This document shows positions 26,740 to 41,181 of a stretch of DNA of 64,000 nucleotides, piece after piece. Made by a program: the position numbers and the translations under genes. This DNA comes from Eledone cirrhosa (taxonomy: Eukaryota), in contig OZ024764.1 in assembly GCA_964016885.1 (NCBI GenBank), positions 21,080,001 through 21,144,000 of the forward strand, read 5' to 3'. Every line of letters starts with the position of its first letter. Position 1 is the stretch's first letter. A model generated the notes under the pieces. It worked only from the letters and a program-made list of their open reading frames with translations, did no database searches and was not told the DNA's origin.

Positions 26740-28786
26740 CAGACATGTCAAACATGCGGCCCTTGGCAAGCAAACCTGCGGCCCACACAAAGGTTTTTAC
26801 AGTGCGAGCATGTTTCATTTTCGTAATATAAAATTTAAAACATTTTCGATACAATTATTTTTTTTTTGCAAATTTTGTCAACTATTCTTAACTTCCATTA
26901 ATCACGTGCAGCTCATTAACAGAAAACTTTCTTTCAAAATTTCAAAAGATTTCGTTTTTGAAATGGTTAGTGCTCCTCCAGCTAAGAGAAAAAGGAAATT
27001 GAACGAAGAAGGGCAAGTGTTTCAAGAAAAGTGGGAATTACAGTATTTTTGCCCAATGGTGAACAGAAAGATACACTGTTTAATTTGCAACAACTACATC
27101 TCCACGCCAAAAGAGTACAATTTAAAAAGACATTATGAAACAAACCCTCGATCTTACGATAAATATGAAGGCCCAATGTGTGTTTCAAGACTCAAGGAAT
27201 TGAAGTCTAACTTGACAAAGCAACAGACCTGTTTTATGTTAATTCAGGAAGAGAATGTCACTTCCGTTACTGCAAGCTATGAACTCAGTCAAATGATTGC
27301 CATGAGTGGGAAATCTTACAGTGAAGGAGATTTTGTAAAGCAATGTCTTGTAAAATCAGCTGAAATTGTCCAGAGAAAGCAGAGTTATTCAAAGACATTT
27401 CATTAACCAGGAACACTGTTGCTGAACAGATTAATGAAATGTCAGGTGATCTGAAACAACAGTTAAAAGCTGTATCATCAAGGTTTGAACATGTTTCTAT
27501 TGCTATTGAAGAGACTGTTGACATCACTGGAATAGTACAGCTTGCATTCTTCATCAGGGCCTGTGACAGTGAATTTAATATTTATGAAGAACTGATTGAA
27601 CTGGTCCCCATGCATGACACTATAACAAGCTAGGACATCTTTGAGAAGGTCAAGCAGTGTCTGCATGGTTTTGATCTGAGTAAACTTGCATGTTTATCTA
27701 CTGACAGTGCTGCAAATATGGTTGGTAGACATAATGGTGTTGCTGCCAAGTTACAAACAAAAATAGAAAACTCATATCTAGATTCATCATTTGCACATTT
27801 TCACTGTATTATTCATCAGCAAAATTTATGTTCAAAGATTTTAAAATTGCATCATGTGCTTAGCTTGGTCACAAAGACAGTGAACTAAATCAGAGGCCGT
27901 GCTCTCAACCACCATCAGTTCAGCCAGTTGTTGGAAGATATGGATAATCAGTTCACCGATGTTCCATTCTACACAGAAGTCTGCTGGTTGACATGTCACA
28001 AAGTGCTGAAAAGATTCTATTTGTTGAAATAATTATGTTTTTGGAGATGAAAGGTCAAAACACAGGTGAAATAAAAGATGAAAGTTGGCTCCAACATCTG
28101 GCTTTATTTGTGGATATTACTGCACAATTAACTGATCTTAATTTGAAATTACAAGGTAAAAACAAACCCATCACCCCGTTGTATGATGACATCAAGTTCT
28201 TCATTAGAAAACTTAGCTAATGGAAGTCTCCGTTGTCAGATGAAAATTTAATTCATTTTCTTATGTGCAAAGAGCTGAAAATCACTGCCCATACTGAGTC
28301 TGTACTTTGCTTAACAAAAACTTCTCAGAGAACAAGGCTGACAGATCAACACTTGTCATTTCTGATTAAAGTTGAAACTGTACAAACATTTCAGCCAGAC
28401 ATACCAAACATTGTCAACAGAAAGAAGTGTCAAGCCTCAGGACAAAACACTAAAAATGGTTGAATAGTAGCAAATAAATGTTCAGTTTTCAACTGTTGTT
28501 ATTTGTGTACAATGTATTTGTTGCTGTTACAATCTGCAAGTATATGTTGACATGTTAAATTTTAGTTTTTTGTCAAACTACTTCATTACTTTGTATTCAT
28601 GAATGCTGCTAAAACATTTGTATGTACATTGTATGTTTCTAAATTTAAGTAACAAATCTTTCTGCAATATATTTTATTAAATGACTTTAATTAGTTGTTG
28701 TGTACATAATTAGTTGCAGTGTGCAACCCTCAGACAACACATGTGTCCTATGTGGCCCTTGGGGAACCCTCAGTTTGTTATGCCTC
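26740..28786 (+). mobile_element. hAT (Buster/Charlie/SPIN, GTF2IRD2-like) DNA transposon, decayed
   Basis: Perfect 8-bp TSD ACCTACAT (nnnTAnnn); TIRs CAGACATGTCAAAC / GTTTGTTATGCCTC; KRK..E...FQEKW..YF, CLIC..KEYNLKRHYET zinc finger, STD.A..M.G, HCIIHQ, RTRLTD.HL; stops and frameshifts. Confidence 0.92.
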
Positions 28787-29214
28787 ACCTACATGATAAA
28801 CACACCCAACACAGGTTGTAATGTGGTTGGTCATGTGAAGGACATCTAGTCATAGAAAGCTTGCCCGACAATAGGGTCGGAGAACCCTTCAATCATGACA
28901 AAGACATGACAAACTTTTCTGTGCACTCAGTAGCAAATGAGACCTTATGTAAATAAGTCTCAGATCCTTGGTCTGTCTGGGAGATCAGTAGCCTCACTTC
29001 AGTACTTACTTGGTTGAAGTAGACTCATTAAACCCTTGCTAGCAGGGAAATCTGATGTTGATTTTGTAACCTCAAGCTCTTCTTATTCCAGAGAGGGTCT
29101 TGGGGGCAGAGTCCTCAAACACTCCCTCCAACAGGTCCTGTCAGAAGCAACCCACTCCAACTGGTCTGGCTGGATCTCCCAGAGAGACCAGCCAAGCTCA
29201 TGGATGTTATGTGA

Positions 29215-29570
29215 CCATCTTGCTCAGGTCTACCCCTGGGTCTCCTGCCGGTTAGTTTTGCCTGTAAAATCTATCCAGTGATTCTTTCCTCAGACATTCT
29301 AACCACATGGCCATAGTATTGCAGCTGTGATCTCTCAATTAGAAGTAACAGTTCCACCTGGAGTGACTCTCTGATCTAAGAGCTATGCACTTTATTGAGA
29401 AAAGTTCCTTCAAAGACCCTTCAGAGGAATCCCATATCTGCCATTTGTATTCCCAATCATATTCTTTTGATCATTACCCAAGATATGTGACCATAGGTAA
29501 GGGTTGGCACAAAAACCGATTTGAAGACAGCAAGTTTGGCTTTTATGCCTACCTCCCTTCTTCTGATTAC
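29215..29570 (-). mobile_element. Old RTE-like LINE C-terminal fragment
   Basis: KLAVFKSVFVPTLTYG..SW and ERSQLQYYGHV-like segments. Confidence 0.6.
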
Positions 29571-29607
29571 TGAATATTGGAGCTGGTGCATTACTGATAT
29601 TTCACTG

Positions 29608-30683
29608 CCCACACTGCAAAGTGGTTGGGTAGGAGATATGACAAAAAGCACCCAACCCACACTGTAAAGAACACACAGTCAACATTATAAGGTGGTCATG
29701 TAGGAGATATGACAAAAAGCACCCAACCCACACTGCAAAGAACACACAGTCAACATTATAAGGTGGTCATGTAGGTGATATGACAAAAAGAAACCAGCCC
29801 ACACTGCAAAGAACACACAGCCAACATTATAAGGTGGTCATGTAGGTGATATGACAAAAAGAAACCAGCCCACACTGCAAAGAACACACAGTAAACATTA
29901 TAAGGTGGTCATGTAGGTGATATTACAAAAAGAAACCAGCCCACACTGCAAAGAACACACAGCCAACATTATAAGGCGGTCATGTAGGTGATATGACAAA
30001 AAGAAACCAGCCCACACTGCAAAGAACACACAGCCAACATTATAAGGTGGTCATGTAGGTGATATGACAAAAAGAAACCAGCCCACACTATAAAGCGGTT
30101 GCGTAGGTGTCACAGCAAAAAGCACCCAGCCCACACGGTAAAGTGGTCATGTAGGTGACAACAAAAAGTACCCAGCCAAAACTTTAAAATGGTCATGTTG
30201 GTGTCACAACAAAAAGTACCCAGTCCACACTATAAAGTGGTCATGTAGGTGTCACGACAAAAAGCACCCAGTCCAAACTGTAAAGTGGTCATGTAGGTGT
30301 CACAACAAAAAGCACCCAGCGCACACTGTAAAGTGGTCATGTAGGTGTCACAACAAAAAGCACCCAGCGCACACTGTAAAGTGGTCATGTAGGTGTCACA
30401 ACAAAAAGTACCCAGTCCACACTGTAAAGTGGTCATGTAGGTGTCACTACAAAAAGCACCCAGCGCACACTGTAAAGTGGTCGTGATGGTAAGATGGTAA
30501 AATGCACCCAATACTCAATGTAAATAAGGTTGGTGCTAGGAAGGGCATCCAGCTGTAGAAACCAATCTAAAATTTGTTCTGTAGGAGCAAGACGTGGTCA
30601 CCTGACCTGGCATTGCTTACAACAGGATAACTCGTCTAACCCATGCCAGGGTGGAAAAACTGATGTTAAACAGTGATGATGAT
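29608..30683 (+). repeat. Expanded minisatellite (longer variant units, then 48-bp units) plus SINE-like tail
   Basis: Same motif; explains the 16-aa periodic ORF at 30230-30511. Confidence 0.85.
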
Positions 30684-31611
30684 ATAACATTTGTTTAATA
30701 ATGAATTCCAATCTCATTGTTAACAGCTATAGATGTCAGGATGTGAACCTTCTTACTGAAATATCTTCTCCATGTTAGTGGCTGAAGAAGTTTTAGAAAA
30801 CTTTCACACAATAACAGTATTCCCTAACTTCTCCCCTAAAAAATACAAGACAAGCAGGGGCAGACTTTTACCTACTGAAGCCCTAAGCTATATAAAATTA
30901 GAGGTTCTTCTCTAAAAATATATAATTATCTTTTATATTAATGTTAATGATAAAGAATAAATAATATAATAAATATACCACCATAGGTGCTGAGGTGGCT
31001 AGCTGCTGGTGTGAGCCTCACAAGATGAAATGGCTCTTCCAGCACATCTAGAACAACATGACCCTCTAATATCTAGTATTTAGTAACAAACTAGACCACC
31101 CGTGACCTGTTGGGTCACGTTCCCTTAAAACTATTATTTTAAAATCATGTTCACTTAAAAATAATTTTCAAATAGTTAAAATATACAGACATATATATAT
31201 ATATAGACACATATGTATATATATATATATGCACACATTTTATTAAACAACACCAGCAGCTCTCTCTCTCTCTCTTCCATCTGTCTCCTCACTCTCACAA
31301 CCACTATCTCTTTCTCTCCCTATATTTATGAAGGTACCCAGAAAACCCCGTATCTTGGGAACCTGTGCTCCATTTTATACAAAACTTGTTTTATTCTTTT
31401 CAAAGTATTTCCCCATTATGCACTGTTTTAGCTGTATTAAATTACGGACAAGACACAATCACAGAGTTTTAGTAGTATATAGATAATATAGCTTCAAATT
31501 AAAGTTAGTAAATGACAGTTTGGAAAAATTTGTAACATTTATTAAAGATTCCTCAAGTTTGTCAATTCTATAGCATAATAGTTTGTTAGTTAAAGTGTTT
31601 AGTTAGATGTT

Positions 31612-31980
31612 CTACATATAAAGAAGAGAGAATACTTTACCACAAATATTACAGTGGTATAATGATTTTCCCATCTCTTCTGAAAAATATTCCTATGTTG
31701 ATGTAAATATTTCTATTGTTCATAATTTTATCAAATGTGATCTTTGTCAATATCCAAATATTTTTGAAAACTCCTTTGTAAATATCCGAAGTTTAATCAG
31801 AATGTCAAATCATCTTGTAAATACTCCATACAGCGAAAAAGGAAAATGTTGTTATTTATCTCAATTCAGAAGAAATATTTCACCATAATTCACCACAGAC
31901 TAAACAAGTTTATATCACTTGTATGTAACATCTTTTTGTTGTCTTTAAAAGACTCTTTTCTTTCAAGGTCATGTGATATT
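31612..31980 (-). pseudogene. Vestigial ZNF exon, copy 2 (MGKSLYHCNICGKVFSLLYM*)
   Basis: Paralog of 8978-9344. The third copy at about 49568-49620 is truncated by a deletion. Confidence 0.68.
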
Positions 31981-32946
31981 CTGAAATAGTAGAGAAACAT
32001 TATTAAGATATTTAGAAAATAGAGATACAGCAGTGAAAACTTTACTACATCTCTATATTAATAGATATAAACCTTACATGGTGACACAAACACTGCAAAA
32101 CTAACTTACAGGAAAGCATCTAGTTACTTGATCTAGTTACTTCAATCAGGTGAAGAGATAAACTAGATTGACTTCATTCTCATCAGAAAACAGGATAGAC
32201 AGATGGTTGGGAATATTAACTCCTTTACTGGAGAAAGACGTACCAATCAACATAGACTAGATACTAGGTGTAATATCTAGAGGGACTGACAGATACAAGA
32301 CTATCTGGAGATAGAAGGGTTGGAGAGTAAAACATCTCCCTGTTAAATATAAGATAGAGAGGGACTGACAGATACAAGACTATCTGGAGATAGAAGGGTT
32401 GGAGATCTGTAGTTGATGTAAGCTGCCACCCAGATGAATGTTGCCTTGGTGATGGAATAGTACAGTAGATAGAAGTTGAAATCTAAAAGACCTGAAGAGG
32501 CAGGAGAGGAACAACAATATCAAATAATTAAAATGGAAGCTAGATATTAGTCTTACAAGTTATTGATTTCTGTCGTTATTGTTAAAATCTGTTTAATCTG
32601 TGATATTTGAGACAATGTACAGGACAATAGAATTAATATCAATGTCTGACTAACAACAAAAGTTTTCATTTTATTGGCAGGTTTAAATTACAGAAGTTCC
32701 CAACCTTTACTAAAAATACAAATATATATCTTACCTGTTAAAGTATAATAAATGAAAGTTTAAAGAGAAAAATTTTAATTTACACAAAATCTTCAAACAC
32801 TGCTTCAAAAATGGAAACCTGGTTTTATGATCCCTGTCCTAGGTAAAACCTACAAGGTTGACCCCAGTTTTAGCAAGGATGATGGATCTACACAATTGTT
32901 GTTGTTGTTGTTGTAGTATGATGTAATGAGTTTGATATTGATACAA

Positions 32947-33912
<966 letters not shown>

Positions 33913-34251
33913 TCAATCACCTCAGTTTCTCACATAATTCACAGCTTAATACTGAGAAATTTAGTTATATTACTAAATCACTTCAAAGTGTTGAGTGTTT
34001 TCAAAATTATTTGAAAATGATGGTTAGTGTCTTTCATTACAAATGGTTAATGTTGAGGATAAGACTGATGTAACGTGCTCTTTAATGCCAATGTCCTCTG
34101 GTGTTCTGAAATAATAAAAGAACATTATAAGATACTGAGAAACTTGTAATACATCAGTACAAATTTCATATAATATTTCTATATTGATAAATGGACTGTA
34201 ATAAATACTAAGGCCTTCCTTGGTGAAGAATGTGCTGACTAACATAGGTTA

Positions 34252-34975
34252 GTTATTAGTGACATTAGATTATACTGACTGATAAAAGTAGTTATTAGTG
34301 ACATTAGATTAAACTGACAGATAAAAGTAGTTATTAGTGACATTAGATTGAACTGACTGATAAAAGTAGTTATTAGTGACATTAGATTATACTGACTGAT
34401 AAAAGTAGTTATTAGTGACATTAGATTATACTGACTGATAAAAGTAGTTATTAGTGACATTAGATTAAACTGACTGATAAAAGTTGTTATTAGTGACATT
34501 AGATTAAACTGACTGATAAAAGTAGTTATTAGTGACATTAGATTATACTGACTGATAAAAGCAGTTATTAGTGACATTAGATTAAACTGACTGATAAAAG
34601 TAGTTATTAGTGACATTAGATTAAACTGACTGATAAAAGTAGTTATTAGTGACATTAGATTGAACTGACTGATAAAAGTAGTTATTAGTGACATTAGATT
34701 AAACTGACTGATAAAAGTAGTTATTAGTGACATTAGATTAAACTGACTGATAAAAGTAGTTATTAGTGACATTAGATTATACTGACAGATAAAAGTAGTT
34801 ATTAGTGACATTAGATTAAACTGACTGATAAAAGTAGTTATTAGTGACATTAGATTAAACTGACAGATAAAAGTAGTTATTAGTGACATTAGATTAAACT
34901 GACTGATAAAAGTAGTTATTAGTGACATTAGATTATACTGACTGATAAAAGTAGTTATTAGTGACATCAGATTAA
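34252..34975. repeat. 39-bp minisatellite, about 18 copies (about 3.5 copies at 12439-12578 and 51477-51615)
   Basis: Unit GTTATTAGTGACATTAGATTAAACTGACTGATAAAAGTA; produces the 13-aa periodic ORF 34239-34967. Confidence 0.95.
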
Positions 34976-35844
34976 CCCTTTAGTATTCACATTACTCTAT
35001 ATTTACTATCATATTTTCACAGTAAATGCTTTATCTCTCATAAAGTCAAATCTGAGATTTTCATGTTATTTATTTTGAGAACAATAACTTAACATAAGTA
35101 TAAGTGACCAGTTAGGGCCAGTTTGAACAGAAAGATGTGGGAGAATTCTGGCCAGATATGGCCAGTTTATATACTAAAGGGTTAAGGAAATTAGGTGTAG
35201 AAGAATAGCTTGTGAGAAGCTGTCAGTAAAGTGTGTTTAGTGAGGAATTGAAGGTACAGGTAGGAGTTCATCATGGTTTAGTTCTTAGCCCACTGTTGTT
35301 CATCATAGTTCTCCAAGCCATAACAGAGAGGTTTAAGACTGGCTGTCTATGGAAACTTCTCTATGTAGATGACCAGCTGTAGATATAGAATTTGAAATGG
35401 TAAGTTCTGAGAATATACTTAGCCAAAACTAAAGTGGTAATGGATAGTAGAGAAGACCCTGACACCTTCAGGAAAGTGGCCCTGCTCCATATGTAGAAAA
35501 GGAATAAGTAGAGATAACCACAATGACAGAGACCTAGTTATAATAGCAGGGTACTTCAATGGTCATGTTGGACAGCTCCAGGATGGATACACTGGGGTAC
35601 ATGGTGGTCATGGTTATGGCTCAAGAAACAAAGGAGTGAGGCTTCTTGTATTTTGTGATTCAAGTGAACTAACCATTTGCAACACTTCAAGAAACCTACC
35701 AACCACCTAATAACCTACCAATCAGGTGAGCACATGAGACAGATTGACTTCTTGCTAGTTAGGGAGTAAGACAGATAGATGGTGTCAAATACTAAGGCAT
35801 ACCCCAGGGAACAAAGTAGCAGGAAACGACTAGATTTGTAGATA

Positions 35845-37530
35845 AAGGATGATACAATGAAAGATAAATTCCTTCAATGTTGCAATATTAAAGAAAATGT
35901 AAAGGAAGGGGTGGACAATGGAGCCAACACCAGAGCAAAAGACAGCAACGAGGGGTACTGGGAAACCTCTCTAATGAGTATTGAGGCAAGCCAGCACACT
36001 GACAGTGTTACCTCGGGTGATGGCGGGGCTGAAGTGCTGGAACAGCCAAGCGCCCTCGCCATTTCGCCAGTTACCCCTACAAGGCGAGCCGCCAGTGAAG
36101 AAAGGAACCTCGCAGTCAGCGGCCCGACTCCCCCAAACGTCTCGAAAGCCACAGGCTGAAAAATGTAGCTGGCCGACAGATCAGAGTATTTGAGGGTCTT
36201 ACTCCGCTCGGCTGCCGAAGCTGTGGCTCTCGTCCTTACCGCAGCATCAAGCATGTAGGAAAGAGCAAAGGAGTCACTAACAGTGACGTCCCAGATTAAG
36301 CACCTGCCTCTCGACCAGGGGCACAGGGTAAGGCCGTCAGGTCTTTTGCCGTCACTTCTGGACAACCCAGATGGTTCCAAGACCGAGGGGATGTTTGCCC
36401 GGGCCAAAGCTCTCTTCAGAATAAAGTTTAGCTCCGTGTGACGGGCGAAGTGGCCGGCATTCAGGCAGCAAGAAAGACTGTGGGAGCCTGTGGAGTCGAG
36501 GAGTTAGCCACATCTCAAACCCATGCAGACGTCAGCTCCCACTCTGAGGGTGATGGAGACACGAAGTTCATCCAGGCTGAGTAGGCCTCCAACGTTGGCC
36601 ACGGGTAAGGCATCGACCCAGTCACCGGAGTATTTGGCACTGGCAGATGGTAAGCGGCACCGTGTAAACTGATCTGAGAGGATGAAGAGGGAGTCGAAGG
36701 TGGCATTCCAACGTATCCTGTCCCAAGTTCTCTGACTTCGACTGTCCTCCACCTTCTCAGGAAGGGACAAGCCCAACTCACTCCATTGCTGGAGAGCTTC
36801 ACACAACTCCCTGTTGGAACTAGTCCATATTGGAGAGGAGAGGATGCTGCAAGCTTGGGTGGAGGAAAGGAAGCAGGGGAGAGAGAGGGACGAACACTTA
36901 ATAACATTGACCAGACACTCGAGTCTCTCGAAGATTAGGTCGTCGAAGCGTTGGAGGCAGGATGGAAATCTGTGAGAGGGGCTGACCCTGAGCAGATACA
37001 GAAGCTTAGGAATAGACAGGTAGTTCCTGAGTAAGAAGAAACCTTGATGGGGTTCGATATCTTCAATATTCCTCAGCAGCTGCTCAAGGCCAACCATCTT
37101 CGATTGGATGGTTGACTCGAAGGCCAGGTCTGTGATCGGGGCACCTAAGGAGCTTTGATTTGGAGAAGCCCTGGGGTTTGTGGCAAAGTCGTCGGTAGAG
37201 TGTTGGTCATCCCCACGGAATAGACGGAGCTGAAGTGGCACCTATGACAGGTCCAGTGTTGAAGCCTTTCGGCTTGAGCTTTGGTGATGCTGACACAGCT
37301 TCTGTGGTAGCTTGTGTGGCATAGGTGACATTTAATTGTCTTTAAGTACTGGTTAGTGCGGGCACAGAGGGCGCAATCAGGTGGCGGGCTGGCAACAGCC
37401 GGCAGTAGAGGGCCAGCGTTGGAAGGTGTAGAAGGAGTGAGAAGATGATGAGTGCGTGGAGAGGAGTGTGGTCATGTGAGAGGCAGATAAATACAGTGGG
37501 AGAGAAAGAGCACTGAACATGCAAAGAGAA
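35845..37530 (-). mobile_element. CRE-clade element copy with the RT region deleted
   Basis: Paralog of 14035-17470 with deletions joined at about 37150 and 37422. Confidence 0.85.
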
Positions 37531-40328
37531 GGAAAATAAAAACGCTAGAAATACAAAATCTAAGGCTGTGAGTTTGTGTAATAGTTCGCATGGGTAAATC
37601 CGCAGTAAAAACCGAAATTGTGAGTTTGTGTAAAAAAAAAAAAAAAAAAAAACATGGGCAAGACTTAAGTAAAATCAAAACCTGAATGATAGTGATACAA
37701 GATGTTTACAATTACGGAGTGATTACATTACTGGACCTGAATTCTATCAAGTGGTCAAAGCTTCTAATTCTGTGAAATAGAATGGAAGTATGGATTGACC
37801 TTTCAGTCACACCTGACTATAAATAGATTCAGGTTATTTCAAGAGGGAGATGGGATGGTTCCTCGCCATTTATAATTATTTATATTTTATTTTATATTTG
37901 GGGGGTTTGATTTTGAAAAATTGTAAGTGTATGTTAAGGAGGAAAGTATAATTGTGTGATACAATTGCTCCAGGTTGGTTCCCTACGTTGTTGCCACAAA
38001 CAATTCTTTTTTCCTCCGAACATCTGTTATTCCTCTCCGTAGATTATAAATGGTAAAATCCGTTCGATCCAACCGAATGGAAAATCCAGTTCCTTGAAGA
38101 ATATTTTGAGTTGTCTCGGACAAAGCAAAAAAAGGGGAAAGTTGAAAATGTTTACCTCGTTTGGTGGTCAATTGCCATCTCCCTCTGTGTTTTTCTTTCC
38201 TTTATCATTATTGTTCAATAAATTATATTATTATACACAGTTTAGACAATATATTTGTAATGTCTTTCTCAAGGAATTGCCAGCAATTTATAATGTTATT
38301 TACACACTTATGTTATTTATGTATATATTTAAAACATATTTACAACGTTATTCTACTGTAAATTTATACAATTGTAATAAAATATATTAATTATATCATC
38401 ACATAATATAAAAACGACCTTTAGAATATTTAAATATTTAGTTTTGTTAATTTATTTTTCAGCAACAACAAAAGTTTTCACTTTAATTAATTAGAGGTAG
38501 GTAAAATATAGATAATTACGATAACATTTTATATTTCCAGTAATGAAACAAACAAGAAAATATATATTTGTGATGTGAAAAGTGAGCTTAAATCTACAAT
38601 ATTAATAGACATAATACTTACATTATAGTCTCAGGTGTTTAGTATTTACAGAAATGTTTTCTAAATGTTGTTGTAGGAAGACTAACACGTGGACAGGAAG
38701 TCGACAAATGCACCACTGCGCATGCTTCAAGGTTTTTTTGTGACGTCAAAATATTTTTACGGAATTAAATTATGTAAAGTTTGTAATAAAAAGTGAAGTT
38801 GAAAACAGTAAATGTAATTAAAATAGAGAAAGTAAGGTGTTGGTGGTGAGGAATGGACGGTAGACGTTTCACCTCAGTCTAGGTAGTGTATTTTTACCTG
38901 TGTCACTCGGACAATAGCCAGCGATGACCACTACACCAACCACTCTCTCCTTCAGATGGTGTCCACTTTCGTGATTCTTTAGAATAACAGGCCAGTTGGA
39001 AGACAGAGGACAGCAGAGAAGGTCTTGACTTGAAAAGAGTATCACTTGATACCTCGATATAACCTGTTGGTAGATATAGTAGGGTGCTGGATCAATCGAG
39101 TACCCTGGCAGAGATCACCGGGTATCTCGGTAAGATCGGGTAGTATGGAGGCTAAGTTGCTAGAACAGCTAAGTACCCTGGCAGAGATCACCGGTTATCT
39201 CGGTAAGATCGGGTTATATGGAGGCTAAGTTGCCAGAATAGCTAAGTACCCTGACAGAGATCACCGGGTATCTCGGTAAGATCGGGTCATATGGGGGCTA
39301 AGTTGCCAGAACAGCTAAGTACCCTGACAAGAATCATCGGGTACTTCGGTAAAGCCAGCCGCCAACAGTGACCACAACTTCGTTGTCAGCAGCCCAGCTT
39401 CTCAAACATCACAGACTGGAATAAATACTTTGCCGATAATTACTGGTAGTTTAGCTTTTATTTCGTTCGTCTACAGAAGCAGTGACCCTCACTTTTACTA
39501 CAGCATGTAGGATGTGGGAGGGAGAGAAAAACATCACTAACTGGGGTCTCACAAATGTGACAGTTAGTTTTGAAAATATATATACAAGATACAAGATAAA
39601 TGACTAGACTGAAATATATTTGATAGGGAATAAAGAGTAGAATATTCTAGTCTGTGGTGTTGGGGAAGTTTGGAGGAGATAGGTCCCTGACAACGAGGTT
39701 CTTGTTATCGTTGGCAGCTCTCCTTACCGAGGTGTCAGGTGATACATATGAGGGTGTTTGGTAGTTCCAACATCTTAGCCTTGCTATCACTCGAGGTAAG
39801 ACTGTTTCAGAAAGTATTAGATGGAGACTCCGGCACCCCATGTGATGTGAGACTGATTGACAGAGTGTTGACTTAATATTTTCATTTGTTGTGATTCTAT
39901 GTGAAATATATCTCTATGTAAGTAACTTGGTTACGTGAATCATTGTGAATCTCGTAAATACTTAAACAGAAATCTACTTAGGACACAAAATAAAGTAGAT
40001 TCCATTGTACAAAGTATCTAAAGAACGTATATCAAAAAGAAGGGGGGGATGTAACGAAAGTTGTCTCCCCTTACATATGTTTTATGTTTTACAGTAGTAG
40101 AGGTTTATATGTGTTTGTCTGTCTCTCTCTCGGTATAAACTACCATTTGCACTGCCTCTGTTTTTTGTTCCTGTCTAATATTTAACTATATATATATATA
40201 TATCTTGAGGTTGTGAAATGAAATGGAATACTGTTGGCATTTTGCTACAATAATTTCTATATTCTTCATTTATATATATATATAATATAATAAATAAATA
40301 ACAAAGAACGCTTATAGCATATGCATAT

Positions 40329-40386
40329 CTTTACTTGCTAACATTGTTTCATCCACACTATAAGTGGGACTCATCAGAGCATAAAG
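40329..40386 (-). ncRNA. Minimal type I hammerhead ribozyme motif (mirror copy)
   Basis: Exact reverse complement of 45441-45498. Confidence 0.8.
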
Positions 40387-41134
40387 GTTAATTACATACC
40401 ATACAAGCAATAACAAATCCAAGACATTGAAGAATGAAAGGTAATAATAGACGATATAGGATAAGAATAAAAAATAAAAATAAAAGTAAAAATAAAAATA
40501 AAAATAAAAATAAAAATAAAAATAAAAATAAAAATAAAAATAAAAATAAAAATAAAAATAAAAATAAAAATTTAAAAAAAATAAAAATAAGAATAAGGGG
40601 TGCTATCTGTCACAGTTGGGCGGTGTGCTGTCAACATATAGTTACATACAAGCATACACATGGATAAGAGAACAGACAAGAGTAGACACATGGATAAGAG
40701 AACAGACAAGAGTAGGTAAGATAATGGGATTAGGTAAGAGTAGGTAAAAAATAGGTAAAAAATAGGTAAAAAACAGACTTATAATATATATAAAAAGAGA
40801 AATACAAAGAAATACATAACAAACTTACATATAAAATATAAAATATAGGGTAAGGAATGAGATAAAATAATATACAATTAAAAATTAAAAATTATATACA
40901 TAGAACATAATATAGTATAATCGTAAAATAAGATAAAATAAGGTAAACTAAAATCAAATAACATAGACTAAATTAAAATTAAAATCAAATGTGTAATTAT
41001 AATTATATGTATAATTAAATGTAATTAAATGTAATTAAATAATAAATAAAGAAATAAATAAATAAAAATTAAATAAATAAATAAAATTAAAATTTAAATT
41101 TTAAAATTTTAAAGTTAAAATCTAAATTTAAATA

Positions 41135-41181
<47 letters not shown>

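Noticed and set aside
26708-27406. Domesticated GTF2IRD2/EPM2AIP1-like host gene
   Set aside because: Lies within TIRs and an 8-bp TSD and has frameshifts, stops and an internal deletion, so it is a dead hAT transposase.
29608-30510. CRISPR-like regular repeats (also 34252-34975 and 9644-10042)
   Set aside because: Head-to-tail monomers without unique spacers, no cas genes, eukaryotic context.
34239-34967. 242-aa ORF of MSLITTFISQFNL repeats
   Set aside because: Reading-frame artefact of the 39-bp minisatellite; only about 3.5 repeats in the paralogs.
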